Virus genome (UHGV): UHGV-1799016
DNA: 25,786 nucleotides
Strand: one strand, 5' to 3'
Source of the DNA: a virus
The notes under the pieces were generated by a model. The model made no database searches, had not been told where the DNA came from, and was given only the letters and a program-made list of their open reading frames with translations. The position numbers and the translations under genes are program-made. Positions within the stretch are counted from its first letter, which is position 1. The number at the start of each line of letters is the position of its first letter. Below, in pieces: positions 17,544 through 25,005 of the stretch.

Positions 17544-17837
17544 ATGACAGAACCCAAGAAACGGAAGAAATATGGTGGTCGCACCAAGGGCACTCCCAAC
17601 AAGGTGACGGCCGATATGAGGGCAACCATCAAGTCGTTGCTCGATGAATATAGCGGCAGCGGCAAGATGACAGACGACTTTGGCCGACTCAAACCCAAAG
17701 AGCGTTTGGCCGTGGCCGAAAAGCTCATGCAATATGCCATTCCCAAACTGCAGGCCACCACGCTCGAGGTGAGCGAGGGTGCCACCAAAACCATTGAAGA
17801 CACGCTGCTCGAACTCTCTCGTTTGTCTGATGTGTGA
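17544..17837 (+). CDS. Hypothetical small protein with strongly basic N-terminus (KKRKKYGGRTKGTPNK); possible nucleic-acid-binding protein
   Basis: ATG-initiated 97-aa ORF directly after the giant gene; Lys/Arg-rich N-terminal 20 residues, then an acidic helical-looking remainder. Confidence 0.45.
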   Translation: MTEPKKRKKYGGRTKGTPNKVTADMRATIKSLLDEYSGSGKMTDDFGRLKPKERLAVAEKLMQYAIPKLQATTLEVSEGATKTIEDTLLELSRLSDV

Positions 17838-17877
17838 CTATTTAAGGGTGTCCACTAGCCGCAGAGTGCTATCTTTG
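17838..17877 (+). promoter_or_regulatory. Bipartite promoter-like motif, copy C (CTATTTAAGGG, then TATCTTTG 32 nt downstream)
   Basis: CTATTTA at 17838-17844 and TATCTTTG at 17870-17877, a perfect match to the Bacteroidetes -7 consensus TAnnTTTG; same spacing as copies A and B. Starts immediately after the stop codon at 17835-17837. Confidence 0.4.
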
Positions 17878-17926
17878 TGCCGAAGATGTGTGGGTGCACA
17901 CGTTTGAACGTTAATGAATAGGTTTG

Positions 17927-17968
17927 CTTCGCTCCGTCGACGGATGAGTCGGTGGGGCGAAGTTTTTT
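17927..17968 (+). terminator. Candidate intrinsic terminator (9-bp stem, one G-U pair, 18-nt loop, T6 tract)
   Basis: CTTCGCTCC (17927-17935) pairs with GGGGCGAAG (17954-17962), followed by TTTTTT (17963-17968). The loop contains the perfect palindrome CCGTCGACGG. Confidence 0.45.
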
Positions 17969-17996
17969 GTTGTCTCCCCGAGGAGCGTGCTTGGTG

Positions 17997-18051
17997 GTGT
18001 CTATTTATGGGTGTTGCGCGGTGTGTAAGTGCTATATTCGCGCAAAACAAC
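17997..18051 (+). promoter_or_regulatory. Bipartite promoter-like motif, copy B (GTGTCTATTTATGGG, then TATATTCGCGCAAAACAA 32 nt downstream)
   Basis: GTGTCTATTTA at 17997-18007 and TATATTCGCGCAA at 18033-18045; identical boxes and spacing to copy A; about 35 nt upstream of the ATG at 18081. Confidence 0.4.
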
Positions 18052-18080
18052 ACAGATACGCAACTCCAAACAAAATAGAG

Positions 18081-18821
18081 ATGGGAGACAATAAAACAGA
18101 AACGAAAAGCAAGCGCGAATCTTTTTTGTCGCGCATGAAGGAGAAGCACCCCGATGTGGACTTCGACGATGAGGACGCTCGCTATGGTCAGTTTACCGAC
18201 GACCTCGATGCGCTCGAAGCGGAAAACGGCGCGATGCGTGACCGCGAGGGCAAGCTCACCACTATGTTCAATTCTCACCCTCAGGCAGCAGCTATGATGG
18301 TAGACTGGATGGACGGTGGCGACCCAGTGGTAACCTTGGTGAAGCGTTTCGGACCCGAGCTTTCAGAAGCCTTGCAAGACCCCGAGAAGCAAGAACAGCT
18401 AGCAGCCGCGCAAAAGGATTATTTAGAGCGTGTGGCAAAGGAGAAAGAGCTAGAAGCGCAATATCAAGAAAATCTTTCTGCATCCCTCACAGAACTTGAC
18501 AAAGTACAGGAAGAACTTGGACTTACAGATGAAAAAGCTGACGAAGCTCTTAAGTTGATTATCAAGATAGCCAACGATGCTATTATGGGCATTTTCACTC
18601 GTGAGAGTTTAGAAATGGTGTTGAAGGCTATAAACTACGACACAGACGTGGCAGCGGCTGATTACGAAGGGGAGGTGCGTGGAAAGAATACCAAAATCAC
18701 GGAAAAACTCAGACAGAAAGGAGCAGGAGACGGAGTTCCTGTACTGGGTGGCAAGAGTGGTGGTGCGCTTAAGACGCAGCCCGTAGACGATATCTTTAGC
18801 GAAGCAGCAATGGCTCGATAG
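18081..18821 (+). CDS. Putative head scaffolding-like protein (acidic, helical/coiled-coil); start chosen at ATG 18081
   Basis: The ORF-track entry 17952-18821 begins at a GTG inside the promoter/terminator cluster; the first ATG (18081, MGDNKTETKSK) lies just downstream of promoter-like copy B. Acidic protein with long helical heptad-like stretches, sitting immediately upstream of a capsid-sized gene. Confidence 0.4.
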   Translation: MGDNKTETKSKRESFLSRMKEKHPDVDFDDEDARYGQFTDDLDALEAENGAMRDREGKLTTMFNSHPQAAAMMVDWMDGGDPVVTLVKRFGPELSEALQDPEKQEQLAAAQKDYLERVAKEKELEAQYQENLSASLTELDKVQEELGLTDEKADEALKLIIKIANDAIMGIFTRESLEMVLKAINYDTDVAAADYEGEVRGKNTKITEKLRQKGAGDGVPVLGGKSGGALKTQPVDDIFSEAAMAR

Positions 18822-18854
18822 TTTGGGATTTGTTTAATTGAAAATATATAGAGA

Positions 18855-20375
18855 ATGGCAGACAACATTAGCGTCAATGTAACAGAAAAGACATTGACAA
18901 CTCAACCTGGTTCAGCAGGCTTGAATACTCAAGTCCCTGGACAAGCGGCAACAGTCAGTGGTGCAGCGGAAGCCACTGGCGGAATTGGCGCAGGTCATTT
19001 TGTCGAACGTGACATTGACCAGAACCTATTTAATTTCCGTTGTGCCACACACTTGTATGATTTGTCTATTAAGGCTAAGAACGTGCCAGTTACTTCGCCA
19101 GAGGTAGAACATTATATGGTTGATGACCAGCGAGCATTCGTCACTGTAAAAACAGAACTAGCAGAAAGTGCTGCGTTCCAAACGACAATCCCCCTAGAAG
19201 CTAAAGATGCAAACTTTGCACGTCCATACTCCACGCTCCTAGTGTCAGGTGTTGCTGGTTACGCTCCTGATGGTAAAACCCAAACCCCTGGGCAGCCTTT
19301 GATGCTTCTTGTCACTGGGATTTCAGACGAAACAGGCAATCCTATTGTTCGAGCTATGAATGGTAAAAAGGCTAATCCTAGTGATGAGTTTGGGAATATT
19401 CCTACTATTCCTGCTGGTACAAAGATTTACCTTTTGGGCAATGCGCTTTATGAAACTCAGAAGGAAGTAGAACCCGACCTTTACTTGCCACAGCCAAGTG
19501 TTGTTTATTTGCAAAAGCGCGCTGTCAACAATGTTATCTCAGACTACTTTGAGTCTCAGAAAAAGCGCACTCCCTACTCAAAGGCACAAGTAGCAGAGCA
19601 AGCTATTACAAATTTCAAACGAAAAGGCAATCGTACGTATTGGGCGGGGCGTGCTGGTAAAATCAAAGTGGACACTAAGAAAGTTGGTATGCAGTATCTG
19701 TATACAACAGAGGGAATTCGTTGGCAGTTTAAGCGTGAATTGCGCCACGTAGGCAAGTGGGTTATCGAGGAACTTATTGCTCTTGCAAAAATGTTCTATA
19801 CTGGTAATGATAAGCCTTCTTCTTGTACGGCACTATTGGGCAAGAACCTATTGGAAAGTTTGCAGTGCATTGATTACTCCAAGCATCCAGAGGTGAAAAT
19901 CGATACCAAAGAAAATAAAATAGGTTGGTCGGTTGTGTCAGTGAAGACAGTGTTTGGTGATATTGATTTGCTTTATGAGCCAGCTTTGGATGAACTTGGT
20001 TGGGCAAATAGCGGTGCGTTGATGAGCTTAGACCACTTGGTGCGCTATGTACGTTCTAGCGAAAAGACCTTCAATGATGATATTGAGGGAGAAGAAGCGA
20101 AACGTAGTGGCGTTATCGTGTGGGATGCTGTAGCATTGAAGGGTAACTGTCATATTTGGATTGACGGTGAAGGAACTACAGCACCGATGACTGGTATTCA
20201 GAATATCGGAATTTGGAAAGAAAGCACAGCCCCAACAGGAAATGATTTGGTTGTGGGACGTATCTACTATCTTCAACAAGCTGTGACTAGCATTAGTGCT
20301 AATTCTGCTGAAGGTCAAATGTGGCAATGGGATGGTTCTGCTTGGAAAGAAGTGAAGGGCGACTTCCAAGGCTAG
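18855..20375 (+). CDS. Putative major capsid protein (506 aa)
   Basis: Assigned from position (directly after the scaffold-like gene, followed by a strong terminator hairpin), size and mixed alpha/beta character. No motif-level confirmation is possible by eye. Confidence 0.4.
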   Translation: MADNISVNVTEKTLTTQPGSAGLNTQVPGQAATVSGAAEATGGIGAGHFVERDIDQNLFNFRCATHLYDLSIKAKNVPVTSPEVEHYMVDDQRAFVTVKTELAESAAFQTTIPLEAKDANFARPYSTLLVSGVAGYAPDGKTQTPGQPLMLLVTGISDETGNPIVRAMNGKKANPSDEFGNIPTIPAGTKIYLLGNALYETQKEVEPDLYLPQPSVVYLQKRAVNNVISDYFESQKKRTPYSKAQVAEQAITNFKRKGNRTYWAGRAGKIKVDTKKVGMQYLYTTEGIRWQFKRELRHVGKWVIEELIALAKMFYTGNDKPSSCTALLGKNLLESLQCIDYSKHPEVKIDTKENKIGWSVVSVKTVFGDIDLLYEPALDELGWANSGALMSLDHLVRYVRSSEKTFNDDIEGEEAKRSGVIVWDAVALKGNCHIWIDGEGTTAPMTGIQNIGIWKESTAPTGNDLVVGRIYYLQQAVTSISANSAEGQMWQWDGSAWKEVKGDFQG

Positions 20376-20408
20376 TCACAATTTTCTTTACAGAGAGATA
20401 AAATTGGT

Positions 20409-20455
20409 GGCCGCGAGTTTGTGACAGAAAGAATCTAAACTCGCGGCCTTCTATT
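20409..20455 (+). terminator. Perfect 12-bp inverted repeat hairpin followed by a T-rich run; probable intrinsic terminator after the capsid-like gene
   Basis: GGCCGCGAGTTT (20409-20420) and AAACTCGCGGCC (20437-20448) are exact reverse complements around a 16-nt loop, followed by TTCTATT. Confidence 0.55.
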
Positions 20456-20467
20456 AAAGATTAAGAT

Positions 20468-20923
20468 ATGAAAGTATTAAAAGTATATGGTGCCCCAGGT
20501 CTTCAAGAATGGACGCTAGTGTTGGGGAATGGACCGCGCTTGCATTTGCATTTTGAACACGGCTCGCAGAATGCGTTTGGCGCAAGCCCAGCGGAATATC
20601 GCACCGATAATAAGTTTTTTCAGACGATCATTGAGCAGTCGAACTATTTCAAGGAGGGGCGCATTGTGCTTCTCGATGAGGTGGTGTTGGAGGGAGAGGA
20701 GGAAGACAAGGCTGTGTCTTCTGTTGCCGAAAGTGAAGAGCCTGCATCGGAAGCTCAAAAAGAAGCTCAGCCCGAGTTGGCTATGAAGATGGTGTTCACC
20801 TCTGTGGACGATGCACGAGAGTACGCTGTTGAAAAGCTGGGGGTTTCTGCAACTTCTGTGCGCGCTCGCGCGGCATTGGAAAAGACGCTTGCTGACGCAG
20901 GGGTGGTGTTTGAAATCCAATAA
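20468..20923 (+). CDS. Hypothetical protein (151 aa), acidic central region
   Basis: ATG-initiated ORF starting 20 nt after the terminator hairpin; same strand and spacing as its neighbours. Confidence 0.5.
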   Translation: MKVLKVYGAPGLQEWTLVLGNGPRLHLHFEHGSQNAFGASPAEYRTDNKFFQTIIEQSNYFKEGRIVLLDEVVLEGEEEDKAVSSVAESEEPASEAQKEAQPELAMKMVFTSVDDAREYAVEKLGVSATSVRARAALEKTLADAGVVFEIQ

Positions 20924-20935
20924 ATCTGACGATAT

Positions 20936-21667
20936 ATGCAGTTGAGCTTAAAAACGCTTGTCCGTGATGTTCGCGTGGCGATGGATGAAAATGTGACTGA
21001 CGATGGTTTGCAGCTTCTGCGTGAGGTGAACACACTGACGCTCGACGAACTGATTAGCCACCAAGTGGAGACGGCCGCACATTTGGTGCTGTCGGGGGCT
21101 AATGTTGAGCTTCTGGAAGGGGGCAAGTCGTTTTTGGGTTCTTCTGTGTCGCTGTTAGGTCGTGGCATTGGCAGGGTGCAGTTGCCTGCGGACTTCTTGC
21201 GATTTCTCTATTTCCGTATGTCGGATTGGGACTATGGTGTGGCAGACTACATTGTGCCAGAAGACCGGCGATATGCGGTGCAGTTTGGCCGATGGGCAGG
21301 ACTGAGGGGCAGTCCGCACCGTCCTGTTGTGGCGCTGGTGCCTAGCGATGGGGGGATGAGCCTAGAGTTTTTCTCTTCGAGTGGCAGCGTGGCGGAAGCT
21401 CGATATGTGGCGAAACCTAGACTGCAGGGTGCTGGCGACGACTGCGTGATGGATTTCCCCTTGATGCTGAAAGATGCCTTGGTGAACGAAGCGGCTGCGC
21501 TGGCTTGTCAGAAGTTGGGAGCGGTGAACGAGGCGTCTATGCTCGGTGGCACGGCAGCGGCCTTGATGAGAGGGGCTTCGCAGTTGAAGATGTCGCAACC
21601 TCCGTTGGTGCCGTTGGCTGGTGCTGAGCAGATGGAGGGTGCTAACGTGGCCGAAGGAGGGGCTTAG
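20936..21667 (+). CDS. Hypothetical structural-module protein (243 aa), GC-rich
   Basis: ATG at 20936, 12 nt after the upstream stop; first gene of the GC-richer segment. Confidence 0.5.
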   Translation: MQLSLKTLVRDVRVAMDENVTDDGLQLLREVNTLTLDELISHQVETAAHLVLSGANVELLEGGKSFLGSSVSLLGRGIGRVQLPADFLRFLYFRMSDWDYGVADYIVPEDRRYAVQFGRWAGLRGSPHRPVVALVPSDGGMSLEFFSSSGSVAEARYVAKPRLQGAGDDCVMDFPLMLKDALVNEAAALACQKLGAVNEASMLGGTAAALMRGASQLKMSQPPLVPLAGAEQMEGANVAEGGA

Positions 21668-21670
21668 CGC

Positions 21671-22387
21671 GTGGAGGAAGTTTGCGCAGTGGGAGGGGAA
21701 TGTAAGTGTCTAGACGCTAGAAAGACGTTCCCGAGCGAAGTGGGGGGCGATGTGGTGATTCGTGGCAACCTCACGGTGTTTGGAGCGGTGGGAGCTGCGC
21801 AGGTGCATTTGGTGAACACTGATGCCTACGGAAGACCTATTGTTTCGATTGTGGACCGAGGGGCTTGGCAGAAAGATGCGCTGTATTACCACGCCGCGAT
21901 GAACCCCGATAGTGGTGTGCTGGAAACATCGGACGTGTGGCACTATGGTTGTCGGTGGCGGTGTATGAAGACGGGCACGCGAACTGAGCCGAAGTGGAAC
22001 TCTCCAGACTGGCTGATGATTGAGGGAGATGCGCGCTTGGAGGTGGGATTTGAGGAGAAGGAACAACTCTACAATCTAGATGACTTCGAAGCACGGCTCA
22101 CGCTCTATGTGCGGCTCTATGGCAGAAACATTGTCGATGAGTTGCCAACGGGAGCCATCAGGTGGTCGCGCTATTCGGAGAGTTCGACCACTGGAGCACG
22201 CGAAGCGAGCGACGCAGCTTGGGCAGCGCGCAACGAGCATTCGGGAAAGTCGGTGCTGCTGAGGGTGGCTGACTTGGATTTGGAAGATGGACAGATACCC
22301 AAAACGGTGAGGTTTACCGCCACGGTGCGTGTGGACTTGGGCGATGAGGGGCGACCCGAGTTGAGAAGTGTGAGTTTCTTGTATTAG
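21671..22387 (+). CDS. Hypothetical protein (238 aa); probable GTG start 3 nt after the upstream stop
   Basis: Open frame from GTG at 21671 with no in-frame ATG near the 5' end; tight coupling to the upstream gene (stop 21665-21667). Confidence 0.45.
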   Translation: MEEVCAVGGECKCLDARKTFPSEVGGDVVIRGNLTVFGAVGAAQVHLVNTDAYGRPIVSIVDRGAWQKDALYYHAAMNPDSGVLETSDVWHYGCRWRCMKTGTRTEPKWNSPDWLMIEGDARLEVGFEEKEQLYNLDDFEARLTLYVRLYGRNIVDELPTGAIRWSRYSESSTTGAREASDAAWAARNEHSGKSVLLRVADLDLEDGQIPKTVRFTATVRVDLGDEGRPELRSVSFLY

Positions 22388-22396
22388 TAAAAGCAA

Positions 22397-23485
22397 ATGG
22401 CAGTACAACATTTTGACATAATAAGAAAGCCTTTCTCCTTTCGCGAGGGGATAGTGGTGACGAGCAGTGTGACCGATCAGCAGCTCTACGATGGCGCGGT
22501 GCACACTCCTGATTATACCCTTGCTCCGCTTGTGTTGTCTCCCTATGTGAATGTGAGCGACCAAGAGGGCGATGTGAGCGGTGATGCTTTGTCGCGCTTG
22601 ACCAACTTGAAGTGGACGCTTGTGGAGGTGGGTGGTCGCAAGCGCGATATTCCCTCGAGTGGCGATGCCGACTTTTCGTGGGTGGGTGCTGGCGACAAGA
22701 ATGCTGGTCGGCTCAAGGTGATGCGCAATGCGTTGCCCGAGGAGGCTATGACGCTGGTGTTTGAAGCCGACCACGTGGATATGCGCACGAAGGACGTGCA
22801 CCACGTGATGTTGTCGCACGTGGTGCGTTGTCGGAATGCTGCGGTGGCTCCTCCCACGTTGTTGCTGAGCATTGCTGCGCAGTCTTTCTTCAATCCATTG
22901 CGCGATGCTGCTGTGGTGGATGTGAGGGGCACGCTGGTGTTGAGTGGTCGTGAACTTCTGCCAGGCGAAGTAGACACGCAGTGGGAGGTGCAGGTGGCTG
23001 GCGCAAGAGCTGAAGATGCGCCTAGATTTGTGGCTTGGGATGATGCGTCTGTGAAGTCGGGTTTGGTGTCGGTGTTGGGTGATGGCACGCTGAGGTTAAA
23101 CCGCTCGAAGGTGAAGAAGGCGGTGACGGTGCGGTGTCGCAGTCGCAAGCGTGGTGCAGAGGTGTGGATAGAGGAAGTGTTTAGCGTGGTGCGCAGGATT
23201 CCATTTTTGAAAGACCCCTATTTCACATCTGTCCCGATGAATGTTAGTCGACAACAAGATTACATAAACCCTGTGGCCATTGTAGAGGATGTGTCGGGCA
23301 TTGTACCAGACCCTGATAGGGTATTAGCATTTGATTGGTGGACGCAGCGAGGCACTGCCGATGGTGGCGGTACATGGCAATTGCATAGCGAGCATAGCTC
23401 CTACGCCAAGATTTCAACGTCTTTTATTGACCCCGTGTATGGTGGTAACCTTCGTTTGGAGTGGCGCGACAAGGGTGCAGAATAA
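22397..23485 (+). CDS. Hypothetical protein (362 aa), beta-rich; possible tail or virion structural protein
   Basis: ATG at 22397, 9 nt after the upstream stop; Val/Ser/Thr/Gly-rich composition suggests beta-sandwich content. Confidence 0.5.
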   Translation: MAVQHFDIIRKPFSFREGIVVTSSVTDQQLYDGAVHTPDYTLAPLVLSPYVNVSDQEGDVSGDALSRLTNLKWTLVEVGGRKRDIPSSGDADFSWVGAGDKNAGRLKVMRNALPEEAMTLVFEADHVDMRTKDVHHVMLSHVVRCRNAAVAPPTLLLSIAAQSFFNPLRDAAVVDVRGTLVLSGRELLPGEVDTQWEVQVAGARAEDAPRFVAWDDASVKSGLVSVLGDGTLRLNRSKVKKAVTVRCRSRKRGAEVWIEEVFSVVRRIPFLKDPYFTSVPMNVSRQQDYINPVAIVEDVSGIVPDPDRVLAFDWWTQRGTADGGGTWQLHSEHSSYAKISTSFIDPVYGGNLRLEWRDKGAE

Positions 23486-23508
23486 GATAAAACGCAAAAG
23501 AAAAAGAT

Positions 23509-23877
23509 ATGGCATTTTACATCAAAGTTTCAAAAGCGGAAGCCGACAAACGCGGCCTTTGCGATTTGCGCAACACAACTTCTGATGGTTGTTATCTGTT
23601 GTGGCAAGAGGATTTTCGCGCGGATTGCCCTTCAATGGAGGAAGTGGAACTCCGCAAGGTTGTGAGTACGTTGGGTGGCTTGGTGCTTAACCCTCAAGAG
23701 GCGCGCGAGGAGCGCATGGGGACTAACAGTCGTGCTTTGCCCGAGGTGCATATTGAGACAGCTTCTCAGCCTAGTACGTCAGCGACTTCTGCGGAAGAGC
23801 ATCACGACACAGCTCTGCACGAAGTGACTGAAGGTGGAGAGAATGCAAACGAACACAAAAACGAGGAGGGACGATAA
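23509..23877 (+). CDS. Hypothetical protein (122 aa), acidic C-terminus
   Basis: ATG at 23509; its stop overlaps the next start by 1 nt (TAATG at 23875-23879). Confidence 0.45.
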   Translation: MAFYIKVSKAEADKRGLCDLRNTTSDGCYLLWQEDFRADCPSMEEVELRKVVSTLGGLVLNPQEAREERMGTNSRALPEVHIETASQPSTSATSAEEHHDTALHEVTEGGENANEHKNEEGR

Positions 23878-25001
23878 TGGCTACAGCGAGTGCATCAAGA
23901 ACAATTAAGGTGATAGACCGCGGTGCTACTTTCACTTGTTTCATTTACTCTCCATCTGGAGATGTATTTCAAGAGTATGATGGCGATGCTTGCTATCCCA
24001 ACTTTGAAGCGTCGAATTTGCGTGAGGAGGAAAAACCCAAGCTGATGTTGATAGTTACTTCTTCTCGTGCGTCCGAGGGGACAATCTCTGTGTCGCGAAA
24101 CGAAGCAGAGTTTTTCTTCAATGGTCAGAAGATTCAGTTTGGCAGCAACTTTGTGTCTTCAGGTCTTGTGGGTGCCAATATGTTGGACAACAGTGTGAGT
24201 GGTGCTTTTCAGTTGGTAGAAGAAGCCAACGAGCAAGGTAAACGCGTGGTGGGCTTGCGCATACTCAAGAACTTAGTTCCGCTGAGTGGTCGTGCGAGTG
24301 TGACCATCACGATGAAAGCTCGTGTGGTGGTGGGTACGCATGCGGATGTTGTACAAGCGTCTTATACAATCCCCATTACTCCTTATACAGGTGCTTCTTA
24401 TCGCGTGGTCATAGCCCCTGGCGACTTGGGGAACTATCTGATTACATCGAAGGGAGAGCGCTGTCGTCTTCGTGCTGTGGTGTATAAGCAAGGAACGGTG
24501 GTGAAGGATGGCGATTTCTTGTACACTTGGGAGCGTTTGACAGCAGACGGCTGGGCGACATTTAAGGGGTATGCAAAGACCCAAACAAAGGAAATCGAGG
24601 TGCAGGATTCGGATGTGGAGACGCAAGGAATGTTTCGTTTGTTGGTACATAAGGGTGCGAACTTGATTGGTAGTGACGTGGAAACGGTTCTCGATGTGAG
24701 TGACCCTTATGAAATAGTTTGCAATCCCAATCGAGATGAAACTATAGATATGTCAGACCCTACTAAACAGAAGATAGTATACAACCCTAAGGTGGTGACA
24801 CGTGGTAGTACGTCTGCGGTGTCGGGTTATACGTTTCGCTTTTTGTTGATGGATGGTTCGGGCAATGCACTGAACAAGGCGGATGATTCTATTCCTGATA
24901 CAGACTTCAGCAAACGTGCTAAAAGTTTTGAGGTGTTGTTGGCGCATGCGCAACAATCGGGTGGTGACATGGTGTTGAACATTACAGCAGAAAAAGAGTA
25001 G
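23877..25001 (+). CDS. Hypothetical beta-rich protein (374 aa); possible tail fiber or Ig-like structural protein
   Basis: ATG at 23877 coupled to the upstream stop; repeated Val/Thr/Gly strand-like segments. Confidence 0.5.
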   Translation: MATASASRTIKVIDRGATFTCFIYSPSGDVFQEYDGDACYPNFEASNLREEEKPKLMLIVTSSRASEGTISVSRNEAEFFFNGQKIQFGSNFVSSGLVGANMLDNSVSGAFQLVEEANEQGKRVVGLRILKNLVPLSGRASVTITMKARVVVGTHADVVQASYTIPITPYTGASYRVVIAPGDLGNYLITSKGERCRLRAVVYKQGTVVKDGDFLYTWERLTADGWATFKGYAKTQTKEIEVQDSDVETQGMFRLLVHKGANLIGSDVETVLDVSDPYEIVCNPNRDETIDMSDPTKQKIVYNPKVVTRGSTSAVSGYTFRFLLMDGSGNALNKADDSIPDTDFSKRAKSFEVLLAHAQQSGGDMVLNITAEKE

Positions 25002-25005
25002 GACT

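Noticed and set aside
17952-18080. GTG-initiated 5' extension of the scaffold-like ORF (ORF-track start 17952)
   Set aside because: The extension would begin inside the terminator hairpin and read through promoter-like copy B; its translation (MGRSFLLSPRGACLVVSIYGCCAVCKCY) looks non-protein-like. The ATG at 18081 downstream of the promoter box is preferred.
22076-23148. Minus-strand ORFs 22076-22819 (247 aa) and 22543-23148 (201 aa)
   Set aside because: Antisense to tightly packed plus-strand genes in the GC-richest part of the window, where stop codons are depleted; no independent start or promoter signal seen.
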